39,227 nt of DNA, taken from a virus (lineage: Duplodnaviria > Caudoviricetes). The notes under the pieces are model-generated. The model saw only the letters and a program-made list of their open reading frames with translations. It was not told where the DNA came from and searched no databases. Positions 1 through 8,056 of this stretch are shown here, piece by piece (position 1 is the stretch's first letter; every line of letters begins with the position of its first letter). The DNA is taken from IMG/VR virus record IMGVR_UViG_3300044454_000036, positions 1-39,227 of that record. One strand, written 5' to 3'. Made by a program: the position numbers and the translations under genes.

Positions 1-85
1 TGCCGAGGGCACCTATGAGGACTGGATGCGCTATCACGGCATCACCGATGTCCCCTCGTGGGACGTATACCAGCCGGTGCTGTGA
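1..85 (+). CDS. 3' end of a hypothetical protein (partial)
   Basis: Frame 2 is open from the window edge (AEGTYEDWMRYHGITDVPSWDVYQPVL) to TGA at 83-85 with GC3-rich codons. Confidence 0.6.
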   Translation, partial: AEGTYEDWMRYHGITDVPSWDVYQPVL

Positions 86-86
86 G

Positions 87-188
87 GTGCCCCGTATCGA
101 CCGCTCCCTGACCGTCGTCGGCTACATCCTCATTCTCATCACGGCCCTCTACTTCGGTGCCCACGTGGGCATCGCTGTGTTCAGATAG
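87..188 (+). CDS. Small single-TM membrane peptide (33 aa)
   Basis: GTG directly after the upstream stop; MPRIDRSLTVVGYILILITALYFGAHVGIAVFR has a hydrophobic core; not in the supplied ORF track. Confidence 0.65.
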   Translation: MPRIDRSLTVVGYILILITALYFGAHVGIAVFR

Positions 189-196
189 GAGACACC

Positions 197-406
197 ATGT
201 TCCACAAGTCGGTGTTCAGCCCACAGGGCATCAGGCCCAGACGCATCTGGCTCCGGTATGCGTGGGTCGAATGCGAGCGTCCACGCATCGAGGTGTCGGT
301 GACCGACTCACGCCTCAAGTTCCCGACCGAGTACATCTTCAGCATCGTCATCCTCAGGTGGCGCTGGGAGCGCAAGCACCTGTCAGGGAAGGAGGCCATC
401 CGATGA
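197..406 (+). CDS. Hypothetical protein (69 aa)
   Basis: AGGAG RBS at 187-191; ATGA overlap with the next gene. Confidence 0.7.
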   Translation: MFHKSVFSPQGIRPRRIWLRYAWVECERPRIEVSVTDSRLKFPTEYIFSIVILRWRWERKHLSGKEAIR

Positions 407-912
407 CTGACATCCGCTCGCGGCACGTCCGCAGCAACAGCCGTCCCAACTACTGCGCTCAAGACGGAGACTGGTGGGGCGAGAACGGCTGCGACGCCGC
501 CATCGCCCTAGCCATGCTCGACAAGGCCGAGGCTGCGCTGGCCGACCTGAACGCCGTCACCATCGAGTGGTGGGTCTGCGCGTGGTGCGATGCCCGCTTC
601 CCGTACACGGACGGCCCTGACACGCTCAAGGCGCACTCGACCGTCTGCCCATCCCATCCCGGCAACATCAGGGCCGACAAGGCCGAGGCTACGCTGCGGG
701 GAGCCACGGACGCCCTTCTGTATGAGCGCGACAAGGTGGCCGACATGCTTGCCCAGCGTGACGCCGCCCGTGGCGACGCGGAGCGACTGGCCGAGGCGCT
801 GGGTCCGTTCGTCAGTTTCGCTATCAGGACCGGGCGCAGCAACGAGGCAATCGTCCGAGAGGCCGACGCCGCCCTCACCGCCCACAAGGAGGCCACCTCC
901 GATGGGGCGTGA
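403..912 (+). CDS. Hypothetical protein with Zn-finger-like CxxC...H..C motif and coiled coil
   Basis: Start reassigned to ATG 403 (GGAGG RBS, ATGA overlap); CAWC...HSTVCPSH; Ala/Glu-rich helical tail. Confidence 0.75.
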   Translation: MTDIRSRHVRSNSRPNYCAQDGDWWGENGCDAAIALAMLDKAEAALADLNAVTIEWWVCAWCDARFPYTDGPDTLKAHSTVCPSHPGNIRADKAEATLRGATDALLYERDKVADMLAQRDAARGDAERLAEALGPFVSFAIRTGRSNEAIVREADAALTAHKEATSDGA

Positions 913-1126
913 CCTGACCACCCTTCGCCCCGTCGATGCCCTCGACCGTCTCTGGACCGGGGGCGAGACGCACATCGCCATCGAGGTGCGCCACTCCATG
1001 AACGGCACGTGCTTCGAATGTGCCCATAGCCCAGCCCGCGTCTACGTGCAGGGTCGCCTGCTCTGCGGCGTGTGCTGGAACAAGGTCATGTGGCTCAGGT
1101 GGGCCAGAAAGGAGACAAGTGCCTGA
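902..1126 (+). CDS. Small Zn-ribbon protein
   Basis: ATG 902 after AGGAGG; CFEC...CGVC. Confidence 0.7.
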   Translation: MGRDLTTLRPVDALDRLWTGGETHIAIEVRHSMNGTCFECAHSPARVYVQGRLLCGVCWNKVMWLRWARKETSA

Positions 1127-1358
1127 CCTCGACCTCGCCTCTCATCGGCGGGCCATCCCGCCACCCCCTCGCTGGACGAAACACGAGCCCGAGGGCCGTG
1201 CCGATACGACCCACAAGCCCCGCGTCCAGTCAGGGATACGCTTCACGGGTGGCCCCAAGTTCTGGTGCTACCTCTGCAACGCCGAGCATCCCATCGAGGA
1301 GTGCATGAAGGAGCGACCGCATCGACGGCGCTGCGACTACTGCAGGCGGGTCGCTTGA
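1119..1358 (+). CDS. Small Zn-finger protein
   Basis: GAAAGGAG RBS at 1107-1114, GTG 1119; CYLC...CDYC. Confidence 0.7.
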   Translation: MPDLDLASHRRAIPPPPRWTKHEPEGRADTTHKPRVQSGIRFTGGPKFWCYLCNAEHPIEECMKERPHRRRCDYCRRVA

Positions 1359-1660
1359 CTCCCACAGCACCCCCTGACCGACCTCGACAGGCTCCCGCAT
1401 TAGACCCCACGGTCCCGTGCGTCGAATGGGACGGCGAACTGGACCGGGACGGCTACGGTCGTTCCGGCTCAGGCCGCTCGCACAGTCAGCAGGCTCACCG
1501 CTTCGTCTGGGAGGAGGAGGTGGGCGAGATACCCGAGGGCCTGACCCTCGACCACATGTGCCTCAACCGGGCGTGCGTCAACCTGCGCCATCTGGACCTC
1601 GTGACATGGAGCGAGAACAGCAAGCGCAGATGGCGGGACAAGCCCATCGGGGGCATGTAA
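1355..1660 (+). CDS. HNH endonuclease (HNH_3 type)
   Basis: CVEWDG..DGYG...AHRFVWE...IPEGLTLDHMCLNRACVNLRHL..VTWSEN is the typical phage HNH_3 pattern; TTG 1355 start inferred from TTGA overlap. Confidence 0.9.
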   Translation: MTPTAPPDRPRQAPALDPTVPCVEWDGELDRDGYGRSGSGRSHSQQAHRFVWEEEVGEIPEGLTLDHMCLNRACVNLRHLDLVTWSENSKRRWRDKPIGGM

Positions 1661-1671
1661 CCTAGCCCAAG

Positions 1672-1729
1672 GGCCACCGTCCAAGGCCGCGTGCCTCCGG
1701 GGACTTCCCGCATCACATGGGCGGTGGCC
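1672..1729 (+). other. Intergenic multi-stem RNA structure
   Basis: GGCCACCGTCCA pairs with TGGGCGGTGGCC (12 bp, one G-U), enclosing AGGC/GCCT and CGGG/CCCG hairpins. Confidence 0.55.
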
Positions 1730-1735
1730 TCATCC

Positions 1736-1765
1736 TTGACATGCCCACTAGGCTCGATGTAGCCT
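1736..1765 (+). promoter_or_regulatory. Sigma70-type promoter
   Basis: TTGACA-18 nt-TAGCCT in the intergenic gap upstream of a GAAAGGAG RBS. Confidence 0.7.
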
Positions 1766-1795
1766 ACGGGGTAACCCGCTACTGAAAGGAGCATC

Positions 1796-2008
1796 GTGTT
1801 CATCGGGTCGCCACTAGAGGAGCCATTCAGGCTCATCACTTGGCTGGTCATCGGACTCCCGCTCGCCGCCGTCATCGTCTGGCTGGGACTCATCATCCTG
1901 AGTTTCATGCTGACGTTCGCAGCGCTGGCGGTGGGCGTCGTCATCAGCATGGTCGGGTACGTCATCGGTATCCCCTATGCCATCTACAACAGCCTCACGC
2001 ACCGCTGA
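1796..2008 (+). CDS. Small hydrophobic membrane protein (70 aa)
   Basis: GAAAGGAG RBS with GTG start; about 50 consecutive mostly hydrophobic residues. Confidence 0.8.
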   Translation: MFIGSPLEEPFRLITWLVIGLPLAAVIVWLGLIILSFMLTFAALAVGVVISMVGYVIGIPYAIYNSLTHR

Positions 2009-2019
2009 AAGGAGCCACC

Positions 2020-2589
2020 GTGCCTCACGCACCACTAGCCCCGGACTGGGAGGGCCACGGGGACATCGGGCCCGACCACGGACAGGCCAGAGCGTCCGAC
2101 CTGCCCACCGCCAAGGCCGCTGCCGCGCAGGTCAAGCCGGGTGGTGCCCGGTATGCCCTGCTGATTGCCCACCTATCCGACCTTGAAGGGATGACGGACG
2201 AGGAGGCTGCCATCAGGGCTGGCCTCTCGCTGACATCCGAATACGCCACACGCTGCTCCGAGTTGGCGCGTGCGGGCTATCTGCATGACACCACGCTGAC
2301 CCGAGTGGGCCGTTCAGGCGTTCGCCGGGTCGTGCGCTCCATCACCGACTTGGGCATCGACCTGATGAAGGCGCACGGGTACGAGCCCGTGGCCCCAAGC
2401 AAGTTCGTCTGTCAGGGCTGCGGCAAGGTGTCCGAGTTGAAGGACATGTACTCCAAGTGGGGCAAGCCGCAGGTCGTGGGCTGGATGCTCAACAGGGACG
2501 GCGTCGAGAAGCGGCTGATGGAGGCCAAGTGCATCACCTGTGAAACCAAGCCCCGCAAGGGCCTGCAAGCCATCTGGAGGGAGCAATGA
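2020..2589 (+). CDS. Winged-HTH DNA-binding protein with C-terminal Zn ribbon
   Basis: GAAAGGAG RBS with GTG 2020; ARASDLPT..AA then GMTDEEAA...YATRCSEL..AGYL..T..TR.GRSG (phage wHTH pattern); CQGC...CITC. Confidence 0.7.
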   Translation: MPHAPLAPDWEGHGDIGPDHGQARASDLPTAKAAAAQVKPGGARYALLIAHLSDLEGMTDEEAAIRAGLSLTSEYATRCSELARAGYLHDTTLTRVGRSGVRRVVRSITDLGIDLMKAHGYEPVAPSKFVCQGCGKVSELKDMYSKWGKPQVVGWMLNRDGVEKRLMEAKCITCETKPRKGLQAIWREQ

Positions 2590-2927
2590 GCGCCATCACC
2601 TATCTCGTCATCGAGCCTGACGGGAGCATCGAGGTCAAGACGGGCGTGCTGGGCGTGAAGGAGGCCCAAGCCATCTTGGCCAGCGACATCGAGATGCTGG
2701 ACGCCCCGGAAGGGCTCCGCGTCACCATCATCGTCGGCACCGAGGGCAAGACTCGTGGCGACAACCCCAACTGGGGCATCACGCGCCTCGTGCGCAGCCA
2801 ACTGCGTGCTGGTGACTTCGTCACCGGCAGGGTCATCATCGCGGGCATCACCGGGCCCGATGGCGACCCCACCTCCCTGACCGTCAAGGACGAGCAGGCC
2901 ATTCGCACCACCATCAACAGCAAGTGA
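2586..2927 (+). CDS. Hypothetical protein, DUF3846-like
   Basis: LVIEPDG...Q.IL...IE...EGK.....N...T...DFVTG..II.G...DGD..SL resembles DUF3846. Confidence 0.6.
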   Translation: MSAITYLVIEPDGSIEVKTGVLGVKEAQAILASDIEMLDAPEGLRVTIIVGTEGKTRGDNPNWGITRLVRSQLRAGDFVTGRVIIAGITGPDGDPTSLTVKDEQAIRTTINSK

Positions 2928-2934
2928 GGGAGAC

Positions 2935-3354
2935 ATGAGAGTCGTAGCCGCAATCGCACTCACCGCAGCCATCCTCATCGCCGGGGCCTCGCCTACCGTG
3001 GCCTTCGACACGCAGGACTTCGCCTCTCACGCCGTGGCGTGGCAGACCAAGTCGAGGGCCATCGTGAACGACATGCGCCCCAACCCCGCCAGCATCAACC
3101 GCTCTCTCAACCGGCTGGCTGCCTCAGTCGAGCGTTACACCGACTGGCTCTACGAGGCCGTGCCCGACCAATGCCAGCGCGAGCATGGCTTCGGCCAGCA
3201 CAGGTACTTCGTCAGGATGTACTACCAGAACGTCATCGGGGCCATGGTGGCGATGCCGAACACGCTCGTCGCCAGCCGCTACGTCAAGCGCTTCGTCTAC
3301 TACTACAAGCAGGCCGACAACGCTGGCTCGCGGGTCCTTGAGGCGTGTTGGTGA
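2935..3354 (+). CDS. Secreted protein with N-terminal signal peptide
   Basis: GGGAG RBS; MRVVAAIALTAAILIAGASPTVA followed by a soluble helical domain with 2 Cys. Confidence 0.75.
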   Translation: MRVVAAIALTAAILIAGASPTVAFDTQDFASHAVAWQTKSRAIVNDMRPNPASINRSLNRLAASVERYTDWLYEAVPDQCQREHGFGQHRYFVRMYYQNVIGAMVAMPNTLVASRYVKRFVYYYKQADNAGSRVLEACW

Positions 3355-3818
3355 GGTCTATCGACGTGCCGGGGCGACCCCGCCCTCAGGGGTCGCTCCG
3401 CACCATCTCCCCGCTGCGGGGCGGCAAGCCCGTGACCGTCCATGCCGACGCTCGCATCATGGACTACCGCAACGACATCCAGAACACGTGGGTGCGTGAC
3501 TCCCACACACCCCCCGAAACGGGCGACATCCTCATGCACCTCACGTTCTGGTTCGCACGCCCGAACGGGCACTACAAGGATGCGGCCCCCACGCTCAAGC
3601 GAGAGGCCCGCACCGTGTTGAGGCCGAGTGCGCCCTTCTACATGAAGAGCAAGCCTGACCTCGACAAACTCATCAGGGCGGTCGGGGACGCGCTCACCGG
3701 CTTCGCCTTCTGGGACGACCAGCAGGTCGTTCAGGTCCACGCCGCCAAGGTGTGGGGCGAATACGACCACACCCTCATCGAGGTAATGACGATGGAGGAA
3801 CACGATGCCGAGTCATGA
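3351..3818 (+). CDS. rusA: RusA-family Holliday junction resolvase
   Basis: VPGRPRPQGS...F.FARP...KPDLDKLIRAVGDALTG...DDQQVV...A.K motifs. Confidence 0.92.
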   Translation: MRSIDVPGRPRPQGSLRTISPLRGGKPVTVHADARIMDYRNDIQNTWVRDSHTPPETGDILMHLTFWFARPNGHYKDAAPTLKREARTVLRPSAPFYMKSKPDLDKLIRAVGDALTGFAFWDDQQVVQVHAAKVWGEYDHTLIEVMTMEEHDAES

Positions 3819-4110
3819 CTGGGACTGGACCTCGCAGGTCATCCAGCCTCACGGCTTCGCCACCATCGAATGGGACCACGCAGCGCTCCCGACCAAGTTC
3901 TGGGAGAGCGTGACCCGTATGCCCAACGGCTGCTGGAAGACGAACATCGAGCAGCCCAGCAACTACCGTGAGTTGGCCGTCCAGCGCATCACGAGGGTGA
4001 ACCCCAAGGACTGCCTCTCGATTACCCCCACGTGCGGCGACTACAGGTGCGTCAACCCGGCCCACACCTGCGTCACCCTTCGAACCGCACTCAGCCAGAG
4101 GGAGCAATGA
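3805..4110 (+). CDS. Degenerate HNH_3-like protein
   Basis: KFWESV....GCW and TCGDYRCVNPAH are present, but the catalytic His and the final xEN are missing. Confidence 0.65.
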   Translation: MPSHDWDWTSQVIQPHGFATIEWDHAALPTKFWESVTRMPNGCWKTNIEQPSNYRELAVQRITRVNPKDCLSITPTCGDYRCVNPAHTCVTLRTALSQREQ

Positions 4111-4364
4111 TGGGCACGACAGCCGAGGAGCAGCCCGAGTACCGAGGCGTCATCGCCAAGGCGGGGCACCAGTTCGAAATCATCACCACGGGCGCTGCCG
4201 ATACCGCTTACGGGCGACGTGGCGGCAGCCTCTACCCTATCGTCCTGTTGGCGGTGCTTACCGTCGCCCTTGCCTTGTCGGCAGGTCCCGTACTCCTGCT
4301 TGGCGTGGGTTTGCTGGCCATTCTGCTGCTGGGCATCTGGGTGGGCGGCGGTGGGCACCGCTGA
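4107..4364 (+). CDS. Membrane protein (C-terminal TM hairpin)
   Basis: ATGA overlap; LYPIVLLAVLTVALALSAGPVLLLGVGLLAILLLGIWV. Confidence 0.7.
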   Translation: MMGTTAEEQPEYRGVIAKAGHQFEIITTGAADTAYGRRGGSLYPIVLLAVLTVALALSAGPVLLLGVGLLAILLLGIWVGGGGHR

Positions 4365-4368
4365 CTAC

Positions 4369-4397
4369 TTGACAGTAGGCTAATATCGTGCCAACCT
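4369..4397 (+). promoter_or_regulatory. Sigma70-type promoter for the recombination/replication operon
   Basis: TTGACA-17 nt-CAACCT with an extended TG at 4389-4390; the -35 box sits within the inverted repeat CTACT-TGAC-AGTAG. Confidence 0.6.
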
Positions 4398-4434
4398 AGG
4401 GGTCCACATCCTTTGTTCTCTTGAAAGGAGACAC

Positions 4435-5301
4435 GTGAGCGGCGGTCCTATCAACGCTCAGATAGACACCGACACCGGCCTGAGGTACTACCAGTTCAAC
4501 GAGCAGCGGCTCGTGTCGGCCACGAGTATCCGCAAGTCGGTCGGGATGCCGAACGACCTGCACAACTGGGTCGTCAACCAGAACATCGACGCCCTCCTGA
4601 ACGACTCCACGCTGGCAATCGTCGCGCTTGCCAAAGAGTCCAAGGAGTTGGAGCGGCGCGTCAAGCACCGTGACGGGCGTGTCGAGACGGATGCAGAGGC
4701 GTACCTGCGGGCTCGCAGGGCTGCTCGCGCCATCGTGCGAAAGGCTGCCGACTTCGACCGTGATACCGCCGCTGCGCTGGGCACCGCCGTTCACGAGGCT
4801 GCGGACCAAGGCATCTCGGGCACCTCTCTGACCGACAGCGACGAGCGCAAGCCGTTCCTCGCCCAGTACGAGCGCTGGCAAATCGAGCAGCGGCCCGACA
4901 TCCTCCTGTCCGAGCAGCAGGTCTTCAACCTGACGCTTGGGTACGCCGGGTCCTTCGACCTCATCGCAGACATGCCGAACGGCACGTCGTACACGCGCAC
5001 GCTCATCGACATCAAGACAGGGAAGGGGGTCTATTCCGACCACGCATTGCAGTTGGCCCTCTACATGGGGGCCGAGTTCATCGGTGGCTTCGACCCCATC
5101 GAGGACATGGATGTCGTGTACGAGGTGCAGACCGAGGTCTTCAAGTCCTGCACCCAGATGGCCGTCCTGCACCTGCGGCCCGACATGTACGAGATGGTGT
5201 ACATCCCACTCACCGACGAGTTGGCGGCTGCTGCGGTGGACATGGTCCGCTTCTCGGCCTTCCTGCTCAAGCACCCAGACATCAGCACTCTGAAAGGATG
5301 A
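4435..5301 (+). CDS. PD-(D/E)XK exonuclease (Cas4/RecB-like phage recombination nuclease)
   Basis: SATSI...GTAVH...SEQQV...GYAGSFDLI...IDIKTGK....HALQLALY; GAAAGGAG RBS. Confidence 0.9.
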   Translation: MSGGPINAQIDTDTGLRYYQFNEQRLVSATSIRKSVGMPNDLHNWVVNQNIDALLNDSTLAIVALAKESKELERRVKHRDGRVETDAEAYLRARRAARAIVRKAADFDRDTAAALGTAVHEAADQGISGTSLTDSDERKPFLAQYERWQIEQRPDILLSEQQVFNLTLGYAGSFDLIADMPNGTSYTRTLIDIKTGKGVYSDHALQLALYMGAEFIGGFDPIEDMDVVYEVQTEVFKSCTQMAVLHLRPDMYEMVYIPLTDELAAAAVDMVRFSAFLLKHPDISTLKG

Positions 5302-5975
5302 CGACCATGGCCGCTACACCTGACCTGCTCACCACACTTGGCGAGCCCACCCCAATCGAGGAAATCAAGAAGCGCCCCATCTTCAACAAGGACAAGGTGA
5401 AGGTCGGGGAGTTGGACTACGTCGATGCCCGGTACGTCATGGACCGCCTCGACTCCACCGTGGGGCCAGCCTTCTGGCAGGACGCCTACGAGTTGCAGGG
5501 AGACGGCACCGTGAAGGCGCGTGTCGGCATCCTCTGCTCGCTCACCCCCGACCACGCCGAGTGGGTCTGGAAGGAGGACGTGGGCACCGAGTCCACCATC
5601 GAGGCCGAGAAGGGCGCCTTCTCCGACGCCTTCAAGCGTGCCTGCGTCAAGTGGGGCATCGCTCGTGACCTGTATGACGCACGTGCAGGGCAGTCGGGCA
5701 AGGGCCCCAAGCCTGCAGCCGGTCAGTCCAGCACGCAGGTCCGCGCTGCGACCAGCCAGCCCAAGTCCTTCCCCGTCAACCCCAGCGATGCGCCGTGGGT
5801 CTGCCCTGAGCATCAGGCCGTCAGCGCGTGGCCTGCTGGCACGTCAGCCAACGGTCGCAAGTACGACGCCTTCTACTCCTGCCCGCAGGGACGTGATTGC
5901 TCCCACCGTGCCCCCTTCGGGCTCAAGGTCAAGCCTGAGCATCTGACCGGGCACAACGACAACCTGCCCTTCTGA
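5298..5975 (+). CDS. Rad52/Rad22 (Sak-like) ssDNA annealing protein with C-terminal Zn finger
   Basis: YVDARYVMDRLD..VG...WQ..Y...WVWKEDVG......EKGAFSDAFKRACVKWGIARDLY; CPEH...CPQGRDC; SSB-like DNLPF tail. Confidence 0.9.
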   Translation: MTTMAATPDLLTTLGEPTPIEEIKKRPIFNKDKVKVGELDYVDARYVMDRLDSTVGPAFWQDAYELQGDGTVKARVGILCSLTPDHAEWVWKEDVGTESTIEAEKGAFSDAFKRACVKWGIARDLYDARAGQSGKGPKPAAGQSSTQVRAATSQPKSFPVNPSDAPWVCPEHQAVSAWPAGTSANGRKYDAFYSCPQGRDCSHRAPFGLKVKPEHLTGHNDNLPF

Positions 5976-6325
5976 TGGGCAGCAAGGTAGCCCTGCCGAC
6001 AGGCAGGACGGGTGGCCGCTCCGTCAAGCGTGACTTCTGGTTCGCTCGTGTCTTGGACGGCCAGCACCCGTCCGAGGACGAGCGCATCCAGATGGACCGC
6101 ATCATCCCGCCTGACGCCATCGCCTCATGGTCGTGGGCCATGGTTCACGCCGAGTTGAACGACTACTGGCTCGTCATCCAGTTGGACGACAGCAGCCCAG
6201 AGGTCAGGCGCAGGGACATCAACACCGTGCGTGCGTCCGTGTGGCGCACGTGCCAGAACAGGCGTGGCCTCGACCTGCACAGCACGGTCGTCGGTGACCG
6301 CATGTACATCAGGTCGCTGTCATGA
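5975..6325 (+). CDS. Hypothetical protein
   Basis: TGATG coupling with the upstream gene; GC3-rich codons. Confidence 0.7.
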   Translation: MGSKVALPTGRTGGRSVKRDFWFARVLDGQHPSEDERIQMDRIIPPDAIASWSWAMVHAELNDYWLVIQLDDSSPEVRRRDINTVRASVWRTCQNRRGLDLHSTVVGDRMYIRSLS

Positions 6326-6690
6326 ACATCCTCATCACGGGCACGAGGCACCCGCTGGTGGCCGAGTCGGTGCGCGTCATCATGAACGCCATCGACGCCA
6401 ACGTGCCCATGAGCAGGTACCACCTGCTCATCCACGGGGACGCCAAGGGCGTCGATACCTTCGTCGCGCAGCAGGCGGTGGAGTGGGGGTGGGACGTATG
6501 TGCCCACCCTGCCGACTGGACCGCCTACGGCAAGGCTGCTGGCCCGATGCGCAATCAGGCCATGCTCAACCATCACCGTGACATCAACCTCGTGCTGGCC
6601 TTCCCGGCATCCGACTCACGAGGGACGTGGGACATGGTCGAGCGTGCCGTGAAGGCACGCCTGAACGTGCGCGTCTACCCCCTGCCATGA
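6322..6690 (+). CDS. SLOG-superfamily protein (DUF2493/YspA-like)
   Basis: ILITGTR...IHGDAKGVD...PADW..YGKAAGPMRNQAM...VLAFP...SRGT.DMV..A. Confidence 0.9.
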   Translation: MNILITGTRHPLVAESVRVIMNAIDANVPMSRYHLLIHGDAKGVDTFVAQQAVEWGWDVCAHPADWTAYGKAAGPMRNQAMLNHHRDINLVLAFPASDSRGTWDMVERAVKARLNVRVYPLP

Positions 6691-7007
6691 GCGAGGACGG
6701 GTTCGAACGTGGCATGGAGGAGAGCGAGAAGGCTGCTCGCTACAAGTGGACCGACCTTGAGAACGAGATGGTCATGTATGCCATCGAGTACTGCGCGAGG
6801 ACCAGACCCGAGTTCACAGCCGACCGGGTGTGGGCCGTATTGGGCGAGGGCTTCCCCGTCACCAAGGGCATGGCTGCCCGACTGAACAAGTCTGCGGGCC
6901 TTGGCCTTATCGTGGCCACGGACGACTTCCGCAGGTCCACCCGCAAGGGCGAGCATGGCCGTGGCCAGCGGCTGGGCGTCTGGCGCAGCCTCATCTACAA
7001 GCCATGA
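6687..7007 (+). CDS. Putative wHTH DNA-binding protein
   Basis: ATGA overlap at 6687; EFTADRVW...GA-like...GLI..T....S.R...H.....VWRS is a common phage pattern. Confidence 0.6.
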   Translation: MSEDGFERGMEESEKAARYKWTDLENEMVMYAIEYCARTRPEFTADRVWAVLGEGFPVTKGMAARLNKSAGLGLIVATDDFRRSTRKGEHGRGQRLGVWRSLIYKP

Positions 7008-8056
7008 AGCCGAACGTCTACGCAGCGTTGGACCTCTATCTGGGGTCCTTCGCTGCCCGTCACGATGCCTTCGTCAAAGACTCGCACGTCCACCTCGAAA
7101 GACCCCTCACGCCCGAGGTAGCAGCCGCTGCCTTCGGCGTGGGGGGTTTCTCTGTTTCCGGCTACATGGCCGTCTTCAAGCCGTACGTCGATGACCTTGG
7201 CGTCACGTGGGCAGCGCAGCGTGTGTGCATGACGCACGTGGGCGCTATCGACTTCGACATGGAGGATGGTTTCGACAGGGCCAAGGTCGTGCGCTCTTTC
7301 CTTGGCACGCAGGGCATCGACTCCCTGCTCGTGGGCTCACGACGTGGCGCTCACCTCTGGGTCATCACCACGGGTGACGGCTCGCACGAGTCCGAAACCT
7401 TCGGCATGGTGCCCGCTGCGACCATGCGGCGTGCCCTCAAAGCGGCCCTCACCCTGTGCGGGATAAGCGACCCCAAGGCAGAGGTCTTCCCCAAGGACAG
7501 CGCCTCTGACTGGGGCGTGGGTGCCCTGCGCATGCCCCTGATGCGGCACCCCAAGTCAGGTGTACGCTACCCAGCCTATGACCCCTTCGATGACTCGCCC
7601 ATCACGTCCGTTGGCACCCTCGTGAACGTGATGGCAGACATCCAGATGGCGACCGCGTACAAGGCTCTGTACGCCCTCGCAGGCCCTGAAGTGGGTCCAG
7701 AGCCGTATCCGGGGAGACAGGGCCTGCAGCGCCCGCCTATCGTGGCCACGGGGGACGCTCCGAGAGTGTCGGACCTTCTCGCGCACCACTTCGGGCTGCA
7801 GGTCACGCCCGGCAGGTCCATCAAGTGCCCCATCCACCCTGATAGCCACGCCTCCATGTCGGTCGCAGACGACGACATGCGGGTCTGGTGCAAGGCTCCT
7901 GAGTGCCCCATCTACAACGGGGACACGGGCCTAGGGTCGCTGGGGCTGGAGAGTTACCTTGGAAAGGGGACACCGCCTTGCTCCACGCCATCGAGCAGAC
8001 CGCCAACGGGTACAGGGTCGGCTTCAAGTCCGACGCCGGGAGAGCGCCCTACCTGA
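7004..8056 (+). CDS. AEP-superfamily primase-polymerase (TOTE-like) with C-terminal CHC2-type Zn finger
   Basis: AIDFD (motif I), SRRGAHLW (motif II), EVFPK...G.GALRMPL; CPIHPD...S.SV....WCKAPEC. Confidence 0.85.
   Translation: MKPNVYAALDLYLGSFAARHDAFVKDSHVHLERPLTPEVAAAAFGVGGFSVSGYMAVFKPYVDDLGVTWAAQRVCMTHVGAIDFDMEDGFDRAKVVRSFLGTQGIDSLLVGSRRGAHLWVITTGDGSHESETFGMVPAATMRRALKAALTLCGISDPKAEVFPKDSASDWGVGALRMPLMRHPKSGVRYPAYDPFDDSPITSVGTLVNVMADIQMATAYKALYALAGPEVGPEPYPGRQGLQRPPIVATGDAPRVSDLLAHHFGLQVTPGRSIKCPIHPDSHASMSVADDDMRVWCKAPECPIYNGDTGLGSLGLESYLGKGTPPCSTPSSRPPTGTGSASSPTPGERPT

Noticed and set aside
1672-1729. tRNA or hammerhead ribozyme
   Set aside because: No T-loop or anticodon arm; no CUGANGA/GAAA core on either strand
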